A stretch of 64,000 bases of DNA, taken from NCBI GenBank assembly GCA_026421185.1, contig JAPKCH010000003.1, positions 12,375 through 76,374 on the forward strand, in the 5' to 3' direction. This DNA comes from Dehalococcoidia bacterium (lineage in GTDB: Bacteria; Chloroflexota; Dehalococcoidia; Lucifugimonadales; Lucifugimonadaceae). The notes beneath the pieces were generated by a model. That model did not search any database. It worked only from the letters and a program-made list of their open reading frames with translations, and was not told the DNA's origin. This document shows, piece by piece, positions 47,269 through 56,783 of the stretch; position 1 is the first letter of the stretch, and each line of letters begins with the position of its first letter. Made by a program: the position numbers and the translations under genes.

Positions 47269-49209
47269 CTACTTGAGTTCTAGGTTCCAGAGTGAGTTGA
47301 GGTTTGCAGCAGCAGCAACGTCCATAGTGAAGCTCTTTACTTTCTTGTTGTTGAAGTAATAAGCGTCAGGAACGGCTACAACACCAGGCTGTAGAGCCTG
47401 ATCGTAAACGTACGCTAGGTATCCGTTAGCTGCTTCAGTTGCCGTGGCAGTGTCAGGAGCCTGAGCCATCTTCTGGTAAAGATCCAGGATGACTGGTGAT
47501 TCGAAACCACATGAGAAACCACCACGGGTTAGAGATGTCTGTACAAGGCCCTTAGGGAAGTGCCATGGGTTAGACGCCCTACCCTTGTCACAAGATGTGA
47601 TCCATGGGTGCGTGTTGGCTCGACCAACGACAGTAGGTCGGAAGGCCGTGTAGGAGAACTTCAGTGAGAAAGTTTCAAGACCGATGTCGGCCCAGAAGCC
47701 AGCTACAGCGTCAGCAATTTCACCAGTAATCGATGCACCACCACCAAGTTCAGGACCAGCGTAGACGGAGATTTCAAAGGCGTTATCGCCAAGAGGTCCA
47801 TCGGTAGGTGCTCCACCGGATTTGTAGTCACCGTCGAGTCCGTTGATCATCTCAACGGCTGTGTCTGGGTCGTAACCGTATTCGTACTTCGCGTCCCAGT
47901 TAGGGGATGCGTTGTTGAAGTATGTAACATCAACCGGTGCACCAAGACCTGCAAGCAGGGTGTCGTTTACAAGGTCACGGTCGATGGCAATGGCCAAAGC
48001 GTTTCGAACAGTTTTTGCTTGTTCGAGGTCACCTTCACCGTGGCTTGTGCCAGGCTTACCAATCCATGCTAAGTCATGAACGAAAGTTGCCTTAGGTGGA
48101 AGAGGCTCGCCAGTCTTGGCGTTGGTGTCTTCCCATAGGTTACCAGCGAAGAAAATACCAAGCTGAACAGCACCGCCAGCGGACGTCTGTGTGAACTCTG
48201 TCAAGTCATACTTGGCAGCGTCCTTCGGCTCGAGGTGAGCAATGTCAACCTGACCAGTTCGCAGAAGCGAAGATCGAGTAGTTGCTTCAGTTACCTGAAC
48301 CATTTGAATTCGTTCACTCTTTGGCTCTAAGTCACTATCCCAGTGAGTGCCTTCTCGGTTAACGATTGTGTATGACTCGTCTCGGAGCCATTCTTCAACC
48401 TGGAAAGGACCGGTAGCGACAATGTTGTCACGAGACCAGTCTTCGCCTTTTTCGTCAAAAGCCTTCTTCGATAAAATCGAGAGAGCCTGACCTGACTGGT
48501 TGACGTAGTCGTCTTTCCAAGTCGAGTCGAAGCTAGTGAACTTGAACTCAACAGTTTCGTCGTCTATAGCAGTCCACTCACCCCAGAGACCGGCGAAGTC
48601 ACCAGCCTGGCCGTGAATTGACTCAGGATTTGTCTCACTGTTGGCGTTGTTCATAGACCACGCAACGTCGTGTGCGGTCAGGTTGCCTGCGTCATAACCA
48701 TCAACAACCTGGAACGGGATGCCTTGCTGAATTTTCACGGTTGCGCCGGAAAGATCCGCTGTAATCGTGAAGTCATTAGCGATCCAGTTCAATGTGCTGT
48801 CATCAGCAGCACGTCGGAACAAAGTCTCAGCAATTCCAACGTTCTTCAAAAAGTCTTGAGATTGTGCTGAGTTCAGTCCGTTTTGAGCACCCATGTCTGC
48901 GCTGTTAACGGCGATTACAGCCGTGCCTGCAGGTGTGGATGTATCAGGGGCAGTAATAAGTGCCTCAACCACTGCAGCCGGTGCTGCAGGTTGTGCCGTT
49001 GCCGTAGCAACAACAATGATCGTGTCACCCTTTTCGGTGACGGTGATCGTCTCACCCTTTTCGGTGATGGTGATCGTCTCACCCTTTTCGGTGACAACAA
49101 CAGTCTCGACGACAGTGATGGTTTCTGTACCACCACAAGCGACAAGAGCTGTCATTGCAGCACCAATCAAAAGCCCGATTACGAGCTTCATCTTGCTTAT
49201 CTTAAACAA
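47269..49209 (-). CDS. ABC transporter substrate-binding lipoprotein, family 5 (peptide/nickel fold)
   Basis: Lipobox LVAC, TA.DV..S, TGPF, VR.AL..AIDR; AGGAGG RBS; directly upstream of the two permeases. Confidence 0.88.
   Translation of the reverse strand: MFKISKMKLVIGLLIGAAMTALVACGGTETITVVETVVVTEKGETITITEKGETITVTEKGDTIIVVATATAQPAAPAAVVEALITAPDTSTPAGTAVIAVNSADMGAQNGLNSAQSQDFLKNVGIAETLFRRAADDSTLNWIANDFTITADLSGATVKIQQGIPFQVVDGYDAGNLTAHDVAWSMNNANSETNPESIHGQAGDFAGLWGEWTAIDDETVEFKFTSFDSTWKDDYVNQSGQALSILSKKAFDEKGEDWSRDNIVATGPFQVEEWLRDESYTIVNREGTHWDSDLEPKSERIQMVQVTEATTRSSLLRTGQVDIAHLEPKDAAKYDLTEFTQTSAGGAVQLGIFFAGNLWEDTNAKTGEPLPPKATFVHDLAWIGKPGTSHGEGDLEQAKTVRNALAIAIDRDLVNDTLLAGLGAPVDVTYFNNASPNWDAKYEYGYDPDTAVEMINGLDGDYKSGGAPTDGPLGDNAFEISVYAGPELGGGASITGEIADAVAGFWADIGLETFSLKFSYTAFRPTVVGRANTHPWITSCDKGRASNPWHFPKGLVQTSLTRGGFSCGFESPVILDLYQKMAQAPDTATATEAANGYLAYVYDQALQPGVVAVPDAYYFNNKKVKSFTMDVAAAANLNSLWNLELK
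49017..49097. repeat. 3 x 27-bp coding tandem repeat (TEKGETITx) in the SBP N-terminal linker
   Basis: Units TGATCGT(G/C)TCACCCTTTTCGGTGA.. starting at 49017, 49044 and 49071. Confidence 0.9.
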
Positions 49210-49432
49210 AATATAATCCTCCTGAGACGTGCAAAGATCCTAGATTGGACCTTTGACTGGCAAATAGATTGAAACCTTATTACCACGTCATGTTGCAAGT
49301 TTTAGAGAACTTTCGATGATCTAAATCGCTACTTCAGGTAAGTGAATAAAGCGCCTTTGCGCTCGAATCATCACCGGAGTGCTCTTAAACTAAGATGCAA
49401 AAATATAACCTCTAGCCTACTGTGTCAATCTC

Positions 49433-50443
49433 TTAGGTGACCCTGTGGCGGACAATTTCTTGCAGGTAATCCACCACATTGTCCACAACCATGTTTAGAG
49501 ACACTGTCAAAGCTTCACTTGTATTTGATGCGATATGAGGCGTGAGAATGACGTTCGGCAATCGTGCTAGAGCAGAGTTTCGGTCAAGCGGTTCATTGTT
49601 GAATACGTCTAGTGCAGCACCTGCGATCGTCTCGTTTGCTAGTGCTTCAGCGAGCGCTTGGTAATTGACCAATTGACCACGAGCTGTATTCACGAACAAA
49701 GCCGTCGGCTTCATTCGTGAAAATTCAACAGCGCCGAACATTGAACGAGTTTGTTGTGTTAAGCGCGCATGGATCGATATTGCATCCGAATTTGCTAGTA
49801 ATTCTGAAAAACTAACTTCCGTCCAGTTTGACTGGTCAGCATTAGCGGGAGCAAAGGCAGTATCGCTGAGCGAACTCGCTAAAATTCGCATCCCAATACC
49901 GCTGGCGATCCGTGCCAAACGTACTCCCACGGCGCCAGTTCCTACAATTCCCAACGTTTTTCCGGCCAATTGTGTGAGTTGCCCACCTGGCCATTCGCCC
50001 TCACGAACTCTCAAGTCTAGTTGTGGGATCTTTCTAGCTAAGGACATCAAGAGCGCTAAGGCATGTTCTGCTACTGCAACAGTTGCAGCATTTGGGGTGT
50101 TGGTGACGACAATCCCTAACCTTCGTGCCGATTCGAGTGCAACGTGATCAGCAGCTGTGCCCCAGATTGCAACATGTCTCAGGTTTGGTGCTACAGATTC
50201 AAGAATAGTGTTAGTGATTCTTGTTGTAGTTCTGACCAGTATCACCGTATGTGCACCGGAAATTCGTTCGGTCAGTTCAGATGAACTGCCCGGACGTTCA
50301 GTGAACGTGTTGACTTCGACGTTTGGTAAACGGGAGAGGCGGGCCATCGCTGCAGAATCTGCAAAAACTGAAGGATCGTCATCGGGAATGACCACTCGTA
50401 TCACGCCATCTGGCACATTCGATTTCAAAACTTTGTCTGCCAC
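49433..50443 (-). CDS. D-isomer-specific 2-hydroxyacid dehydrogenase (SerA-like)
   Basis: VAEH, GIVGTGAVG, FVNTARG, AALDVF..EP, LTPHIA. Confidence 0.88.
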   Translation of the reverse strand: MADKVLKSNVPDGVIRVVIPDDDPSVFADSAAMARLSRLPNVEVNTFTERPGSSSELTERISGAHTVILVRTTTRITNTILESVAPNLRHVAIWGTAADHVALESARRLGIVVTNTPNAATVAVAEHALALLMSLARKIPQLDLRVREGEWPGGQLTQLAGKTLGIVGTGAVGVRLARIASGIGMRILASSLSDTAFAPANADQSNWTEVSFSELLANSDAISIHARLTQQTRSMFGAVEFSRMKPTALFVNTARGQLVNYQALAEALANETIAGAALDVFNNEPLDRNSALARLPNVILTPHIASNTSEALTVSLNMVVDNVVDYLQEIVRHRVT

Positions 50444-50597
50444 CTAATATTGGCCGCCGTATTTCTTTGCGGACAATGCGAGCATATAGGCGACAAGAGA
50501 TTTTCGCCTCATTCGAATGATCATCAGGTGGCCTCGATGCTACGATTATCTTCCGACTACTCCGCTTACAGTGGTTTCTAAACGTGAAAGAAGAAAT

Positions 50598-50936
50598 ATG
50601 ACGCGTGCGCGAGTGCTGTACTGGAAAGAGATCCCAGTGCAAGTTCAAGCTGAAGATGAAAATGGACGAGTTTCGAGGCAACTCGAAGAGAGATTTCAAA
50701 AGGCAGCTGATGCCGTAGCTATGAAAGACGGCAGTGAGGGAACTGACGAATACCTTGATGCTTGGGAATTCGGGTCATACGAGGATGCGGAGGGGGCAGC
50801 GTCAGATGTAGCTGAACAATTAGGCAAAAATTTAGAACAAATGCCTTCCAATTTCGTTCAACGGATCGTTAAAATGCAGGATGATGGTACGAGAGACCCT
50901 CGTCCTGGAGCTATTGACCACTGGGTTGAGCTTTAG
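50598..50936 (+). CDS. 'Virulence factor' domain small protein
   Basis: VLYWKEIPVQV, L.ERFQ.A.D.VAM, YL.AW; ATG 50598 preferred. Confidence 0.7.
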   Translation: MTRARVLYWKEIPVQVQAEDENGRVSRQLEERFQKAADAVAMKDGSEGTDEYLDAWEFGSYEDAEGAASDVAEQLGKNLEQMPSNFVQRIVKMQDDGTRDPRPGAIDHWVEL

Positions 50937-50995
50937 TCGGTTTGAACTAGATATATATCTTAGTATCAGTTCAGAAAATATTTTGGAGAAATCAT

Positions 50996-51892
50996 ATGGC
51001 AGTATCTGACGGCAAGCCAGGCATACTTGATCGACTCGAAGCTGGCGATACCCTGATCTTCGATGGGGCGACAGGAACATACCTTCAAAATAATGGACTC
51101 GAACCTGGCGGTAGCCCTGAACTGATGAACGCTACTCACCCAGAAGTGGTTAAGGGAATGTCTAAGCAGTACTTTGATGCTGGTTCAGACATTGTTTTGA
51201 CCAATTCGTTCGGTGGTAATAAGTTCATGCTCGAGCGTTACGGAGCCGGGGATCGCTTGTTCGAGCTAAACCGTCTTGCTGCGGAACATGCACGATCAGT
51301 TGCTCCTGAAGGGAAATTTGTTTCTGGTTCTATTGGACCTACTGGCGAATTTATTGAACCTCTTGGTACAGCAACTGAAGATGAGCTGTACGACACTTTC
51401 TCTGAAATGTCGAAGGCGTTCGAAGCAGGTGGTGCCGACGCCGTAATGATCGAAACTCAGCTCGCCATCGAAGAAGCGGTTATTGCTGTTAGAGCAGCTA
51501 AGGAAACTACCGGACTAGTCGTAATGGCGACGATGGTGTTTGATAAAGGTCCGCGCGGTTATTTCACTATGATGGGTGTGACTCCTGAGCAAGCAGTTGA
51601 GGGACTCGAAGAAGCCGGCGCTGATGTAGTAGGCACGAACTGTGGAAATGGTATTGAGAAAATGGTTGAAATCGCTGCACGTATGCGTGCGGTGACAGAC
51701 AAGTACCTAGTAATTCAGTCAAACGCTGGTATCCCAATCATTAAGAACGGTGAAACCTGTTACCTCGAAACTCCAGAGTTTATGGCGAAACACTATGGTG
51801 ATCTCGCTGAATTGCCTATAAATATTCTCGGTGGATGCTGTGGAACCACTGCCGAACACATCCGAAAACTCATACAATCTGTTCGTAAATAA
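50996..51892 (+). CDS. homocysteine S-methyltransferase domain protein (MetH Hcy-binding module/BHMT family)
   Basis: DGATGT, AGSDIVLTNSFG, GSIGPTG, IET, GTNCG and GGCCGT Zn ligands, SNAG.P. Confidence 0.9.
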   Translation: MAVSDGKPGILDRLEAGDTLIFDGATGTYLQNNGLEPGGSPELMNATHPEVVKGMSKQYFDAGSDIVLTNSFGGNKFMLERYGAGDRLFELNRLAAEHARSVAPEGKFVSGSIGPTGEFIEPLGTATEDELYDTFSEMSKAFEAGGADAVMIETQLAIEEAVIAVRAAKETTGLVVMATMVFDKGPRGYFTMMGVTPEQAVEGLEEAGADVVGTNCGNGIEKMVEIAARMRAVTDKYLVIQSNAGIPIIKNGETCYLETPEFMAKHYGDLAELPINILGGCCGTTAEHIRKLIQSVRK

Positions 51893-51930
51893 CTAAACTG
51901 AATCTAATTTACTATTTGGAGAGAAGAGCG

Positions 51931-52602
51931 ATGGCCCCGCTAGCGGAAAAATCAATAGTCGCCCGAAACGTCGCAAGACTTGGGAACTGTATTGAGCTCG
52001 TATCACTAGACCCACACTTTCACGATGTGAGTATTGGTCTCTTTATAAAAGACGGGATTATGACTATCTCGTCATACAGTACTTTCGATGGGATTGATGC
52101 TCGAATCGAGCAAATTCGTGATCGTTGTGCTCATCTTGGCGATGTGGTTGTAGTAAAAGACACCACAGATCAACTTCAACTGATTTCAGATCTCTATTTA
52201 GATCGTGCGCTTCGGTTTATGTTCATTGCTGCTGTGGAAAAAGATCCTTTATCAGAATTTCCAACAGGTCGAATCACAGCCCCTGACACAAAGACAAAAC
52301 TCACATTTGTCGTTGAAGGCGCTGAAGAAGACGGTAAATATGTGTATACCGTTTCTACAGAAGGCGAAGCTGAGCGAGCGGAAATGCGAGTGCGCGCAGC
52401 GGTAGGCGGCTTCATGCGTTATTCAGGCTGCTTACGTGTCGAGAAAAATAAGTTCTCATTCCCTGATGGAAAAAAGTATGACAAATTTGCACGTCTTATT
52501 CTTCCTCTCGCCCGAAATGTGAGTGCCGTTGAAGCACAACTCGAACAAGACGAGATGGCTGGTCAGATGAATACCCAGACACTCGGTTTTGCCCAAAGCT
52601 AG
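51931..52602 (+). CDS. hypothetical protein within the corrinoid methyltransferase operon
   Basis: About 223-aa ORF, GGAG upstream of ATG 51931, codirectional and tightly spaced. Confidence 0.75.
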   Translation: MAPLAEKSIVARNVARLGNCIELVSLDPHFHDVSIGLFIKDGIMTISSYSTFDGIDARIEQIRDRCAHLGDVVVVKDTTDQLQLISDLYLDRALRFMFIAAVEKDPLSEFPTGRITAPDTKTKLTFVVEGAEEDGKYVYTVSTEGEAERAEMRVRAAVGGFMRYSGCLRVEKNKFSFPDGKKYDKFARLILPLARNVSAVEAQLEQDEMAGQMNTQTLGFAQS

Positions 52603-52636
52603 TCATAAATTTAGAAAAGGTCCTTAGGACAAACTA

Positions 52637-53674
52637 ATGTCACCCGTAATTGAAAAAATGACCTCTCGTGAACGAACAATGGCTGCGCTTGCGGGCGAGC
52701 CTGTGGATCGTCCACCTGTTTGTACTCCGACTAATGTTGCAACCGTTGAGCTTATGGACTTGGTTGACGCTCCGTTTCCTGAAGCAAACCGTAATGCGGA
52801 AATGAATGCACGTCTCGCCGCTACTGCTTACACCGAACTTGGTTTCGACACAATCGCACCGTATTTTTCGATCATTCAGGAATCTTCCGCACTTGGCTGC
52901 GACATGCAGTGGGAACAGAAAGACAACTGGCCAACGGTCAGAATGTCGAAGCCAATTTGGAAAGGCTCTTCCGACGTAAAGATCCCGTCTGATTTTCTTG
53001 AACACAAAGACACCAAAACCATTACCGACTCGATCAGAATTCTGAAACAGGAATTCGGCAATGAAGTCGCAATAGTTGGTAAAACTATGGGACCGTGGAC
53101 ATTGGCTTACCACGTGTTTGGTGTAGAGCCATTCCTTCTTGGAACTGTCGATGACCCAGACGAGATAATGAAATCTCTAGAAGCACTCAAAAAGGTCACA
53201 ATTTTGTACGGTCAGGCTCAAATCGATGCCGGTGCCGATGTACTTACGATTCCCGACCACGCCACAGGCGACTTGGTAAGTGGTGAGTACTACCGCCGGT
53301 TCTTGATGGAAATGCATCAGGAAATCGAAGAAGAACTTTCCGTTCCATTGATACTTCACATCTGTGGTTCGACTGTCGACCGAATGCCATACATCGCAGA
53401 GACGGGTATGGCTGCATTCCACTTCGACTCGAAGAACGATCCTGTTGAGGCGATGGCTGCGGTTGATGGAAAGATTCGTCTTGTGGGAAACATCAATAAC
53501 CCGACAACTCTTTACGCTCGAGGTCCTGAAGAGGTTCGAGCAGAAGTAAACACGGCATTAGATGCTGGAGTTCAGTTGATAGCGCCAGAATGTGCGATTC
53601 CTCTGAAAACAAAGTTGGAAAATCTTCTTGAAATCCCAATCGCTATCGAAGATTGGGTAGCTGAACGCGGCTAA
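52637..53674 (+). CDS. MtaA/CmuA-family (URO-D fold) methylcobamide:thiol methyltransferase
   Basis: MTSRER....L.G.PVDRPPV, GPWTLA, AQIDAGAD, LHICG (HxC Zn motif), LVGNI, APEC. Confidence 0.85.
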   Translation: MSPVIEKMTSRERTMAALAGEPVDRPPVCTPTNVATVELMDLVDAPFPEANRNAEMNARLAATAYTELGFDTIAPYFSIIQESSALGCDMQWEQKDNWPTVRMSKPIWKGSSDVKIPSDFLEHKDTKTITDSIRILKQEFGNEVAIVGKTMGPWTLAYHVFGVEPFLLGTVDDPDEIMKSLEALKKVTILYGQAQIDAGADVLTIPDHATGDLVSGEYYRRFLMEMHQEIEEELSVPLILHICGSTVDRMPYIAETGMAAFHFDSKNDPVEAMAAVDGKIRLVGNINNPTTLYARGPEEVRAEVNTALDAGVQLIAPECAIPLKTKLENLLEIPIAIEDWVAERG

Positions 53675-53817
53675 AACCAAGGCCGGAAATTACTAATACG
53701 AAATTAATCAATCATTTTCTTTCGATACGATGAGAGAATAGTTGATTCAATCCGGTTGCATAACTCAATTTGAGCCGGACCCCAAATACACAGAATCCAT
53801 ACTTTTAGAGACTACTA

Positions 53818-54567
53818 ATGCCGATTACGCACGAGGGCCTTGCCCGAGAATTTGAATACGTTACTAATGCCGGTGAGCAAAAGCACATTTCTGAAGGGAT
53901 CGACGGTACTGCTCCGATCATGCAGGAAATTGCCTATCAGCTGATCATTGGAAATAACACTGATGTAGATCGTCTTACTCAGGAAGCATTGTCAGAAGGC
54001 TTCACCGCAAATCAATTGCTCGATGACGGCCTACTCAACGGGATGGCGATAGTGGGCGTGAAATTCCGTGACAACCTGATTTTTGTTCCTGAAGTTCTTG
54101 TCGCTGCACGTGCTATGAAAGCTGGAATGGTACATATCGAACCAATCCTTTCCGCATCTGGCGCCGAACCTGCGGGAACAATAATAATGGGCACCGTTAA
54201 AGGTGATCTCCATGACATAGGCAAGAACCTGTGCATCATGATGCTTAGGGGTGCGGGATTCGTTGTCCACGATATTGGAGTTGACTCGTCGCCTGATGAT
54301 TTCATCGACGCTGTTGAGGAGTTCCAACCCCAGGTGGTTGGCATGTCCGCTCTACTCACGACAACCATGCCAAACATGGGACGCACTATTGCGACCTTTG
54401 AAGACATGGGCTTACGTGATGAAGTCAGAATTATGGTTGGTGGAGCACCTGTGACTCAGGACTTTGCTGATGAGATGGGTGCTGACGCATATGGTGACAA
54501 CGCTGTTGACGCAGTCGACAAGGCAAAAGAACTTGTCAAATTGCTTGCAGAATTGAAGTCCAGCTAA
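53818..54567 (+). CDS. stand-alone corrinoid (B12-binding) protein
   Basis: Cap domain GM..VG.KF....FVPEVL..ARAM; GTVKGDLHDIGKNL (DxHxxG), SALLTTT, VGGAPVT. Confidence 0.93.
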   Translation: MPITHEGLAREFEYVTNAGEQKHISEGIDGTAPIMQEIAYQLIIGNNTDVDRLTQEALSEGFTANQLLDDGLLNGMAIVGVKFRDNLIFVPEVLVAARAMKAGMVHIEPILSASGAEPAGTIIMGTVKGDLHDIGKNLCIMMLRGAGFVVHDIGVDSSPDDFIDAVEEFQPQVVGMSALLTTTMPNMGRTIATFEDMGLRDEVRIMVGGAPVTQDFADEMGADAYGDNAVDAVDKAKELVKLLAELKSS

Positions 54568-54600
54568 ATATCTGGACAACGTCTAATTGGGGGATATTCA

Positions 54601-54867
54601 TTGGCTGATGGGCAGGGGCGAAACGAAATTCCCAAACTGGATGCTGATAAAGCACGTGCCAGTTTGGATCGTTTGTACGATATCTACAAAGACATCGCTT
54701 CGACGGCTGATGACGTAATGCTGACTCGGTGCCCGTATAAAGACGCATCAAGTCGCTGTACGGCAAAATTTGGCTGTAGAAATCAATTCTTTACGTCCGA
54801 TCCCACCGCCCTGCCCGCCTGTTCCGGCAGCGACCAAATCGATTATCGAGAAGCTTGGGACACGTAG
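54601..54867 (+). CDS. small four-cysteine hypothetical protein
   Basis: 88 aa; RCPYK...RCTAKFGCRNQ...ACSG; GGGGA RBS before TTG. Confidence 0.65.
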   Translation: MADGQGRNEIPKLDADKARASLDRLYDIYKDIASTADDVMLTRCPYKDASSRCTAKFGCRNQFFTSDPTALPACSGSDQIDYREAWDT

Positions 54868-54963
54868 CCCAAGTTTCTACTCTTTTTTTTCAAATCACGT
54901 ACGACCATTTCTGTGATAGTCCAGATCGATTGTTCGTATTCAAAATCCGACAGGCACTGAAGC

Positions 54964-56595
54964 TTGAGCCCCGTATACCTCAATTCACAGAAACTCGACG
55001 CTAATACCAACGACTCATTGTTTGATCTTGCTGATTCACTTTCGGTCAGAGTGCCGACGTCATGCGGTCGTACCGGCGAGTGCCACGAATGTATCGTCGA
55101 AGTCCGGAAAGGTACCGAAGCCCTTACTCCACCGACTGAAGAGGAAAAGTTTCTTCGAGGTAACTATCGTCTCGCTTGTCAGGCGTGTGTCACAGATACA
55201 GAAGTCGATATTGATTTTGCAGTCCTAAGACGGCAACCCCGAATTCTCACTGCTGGAACCAAGCGTGAGATAAAGCTTCAGCCTGCGTATGTCCGTGTCG
55301 AAGACGAAGTTGTGTTCAATGGCGCTGATGGACAAGTATCAGTAGATAAATACCGCGGAGCTATTTACGGGATTGCTGCAGATCTGGGTACTACCACTGT
55401 CGTCCTCAACCTCGTGAATCTCGAAACAGGTGAAACCGTATACACGGCATCCTTCGAGAATCCTCAGCGATTTGGTGGCAGCGACATCATGAACCGTATT
55501 TCCTACGATGGCGGGAAAGACGCGGGCGAACTACGAGCGGTGATGGTCTCATCCATCAATTTCGAAATTGGTGAAATGGTTCGTGCTCTGAAAATTCGTA
55601 GACGTCAGATTTTTGAATTCGTAGCGGTTGGAAATACCACGATGCGAGATTTGTTTTTTGGTATCGATGTGCAAAGCATCGGAACTCGGCCATATAAATC
55701 GTTGATAGAAGATGAGTTCCGAGAATCAAAACGCGAAACCACCGCACTCACTACAAGTGCAGCCGAACTCGAACTTAGAATCAACCCTAAAGCTACAGTC
55801 TATGGCGGTCCGCTCATCGCATCCCACCTGGGAGCTGATACAGCGGCCGATCTTCTTGCTTTGGGTATTGAGGACCAAATAGAACCGGTCATTCTCGTCG
55901 ATGTTGGTACAAATACTGAGGTTGTTATTGGTAACCGCGATCGCCTACTGGCGGCCTCATGCCCTGCTGGACCTGCATTCGAAGGTGGCGAAGTTACCTA
56001 CGGCATGCCTGGATATGATGGTGCAGTTGAAAAAGTAACGATCGATGAGAACGGTGAAGCCGAATCGCAAGCGATAGGTGAAATCGACCCGATTGGTATT
56101 TGTGGATCAGGACTGATTGATCTGCTGGCTGAACTACGCCGTACAAATCTAATGAACCCACTCGGGAAGTTCGAAGACGACTCAAACGAGTACGAATTTT
56201 CCTCTACCAACAACCTTACTATTTCACGAGCCGATATTTCTGCACTAGCTCAGGCCAAAGCTGCGAACTATTGTGGTCAAGCTATTGTTCTCAGAGAGTA
56301 CGGACTTCCAATAGAGAAGTTCGAAAAGCTTTACCTTGCCGGCGGATTCGCCAACTATGTCGATGAATCTAACGCCATAGATATTGGGTTTATCGCAAAC
56401 ATGCCACTGGAAAAAGTCGAAAAAGTTGGAAACGCATCGCTGGAAGGTGCTGTCATCATGCTTTTATCGACCGTCAAACGGGTCGAAATCGAAAAGTTGA
56501 CAGCTACTATCGAACACGTGGAACTCGAAACGGCTCCTGACTTTTTCGATTTCTTCGTGGAAGGTTGCATGTTCAAGCCGATGGAATCGGTGTAG
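54964..56595 (+). CDS. ATP-dependent reductive activator of corrinoid proteins (RACo/RamA; 2Fe-2S + ASKHA)
   Basis: CGRTGECHEC...RLAC ferredoxin; DLGTTT, NPQ..GG.D, DVGTNTE, GPAFEG, GICGSG, LAGGF, GNASLEG. Confidence 0.9.
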   Translation: MSPVYLNSQKLDANTNDSLFDLADSLSVRVPTSCGRTGECHECIVEVRKGTEALTPPTEEEKFLRGNYRLACQACVTDTEVDIDFAVLRRQPRILTAGTKREIKLQPAYVRVEDEVVFNGADGQVSVDKYRGAIYGIAADLGTTTVVLNLVNLETGETVYTASFENPQRFGGSDIMNRISYDGGKDAGELRAVMVSSINFEIGEMVRALKIRRRQIFEFVAVGNTTMRDLFFGIDVQSIGTRPYKSLIEDEFRESKRETTALTTSAAELELRINPKATVYGGPLIASHLGADTAADLLALGIEDQIEPVILVDVGTNTEVVIGNRDRLLAASCPAGPAFEGGEVTYGMPGYDGAVEKVTIDENGEAESQAIGEIDPIGICGSGLIDLLAELRRTNLMNPLGKFEDDSNEYEFSSTNNLTISRADISALAQAKAANYCGQAIVLREYGLPIEKFEKLYLAGGFANYVDESNAIDIGFIANMPLEKVEKVGNASLEGAVIMLLSTVKRVEIEKLTATIEHVELETAPDFFDFFVEGCMFKPMESV

Positions 56596-56783
56596 CGCTG
56601 CACTTGATTGAGAGTACACAGGTTCAACTGCTGAGCTTCTCTAGATTTTCCTAACCGACTGTCGGCACAGGAATTATCAACTTCTTCACGGCTGATCATT
56701 AACATAAATGGTCCATAAACATGCAATGAATCAAAAGCTCTTGAATTGGTGCGGGGATAGATTGGTAGGTATCATTCTGAATT

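Noticed and set aside
49017..49097. 27-bp repeats as a CRISPR array
   Set aside because: Directly tandem with no spacers, in frame within a coding sequence, and no cas genes
50444..50597. Cobalamin riboswitch upstream of the corrinoid cluster
   Set aside because: Short divergent region without the GGGAA...GCCACTG B12 elements
54865..54963. Stop-codon readthrough (Pyl/Sec) fusing the 4-Cys protein to RACo, which share a reading frame
   Set aside because: Two different stops intervene (TAG 54865, TGA 54958), the spacer contains a T run, and no recoding signal or pyl/sel genes are visible
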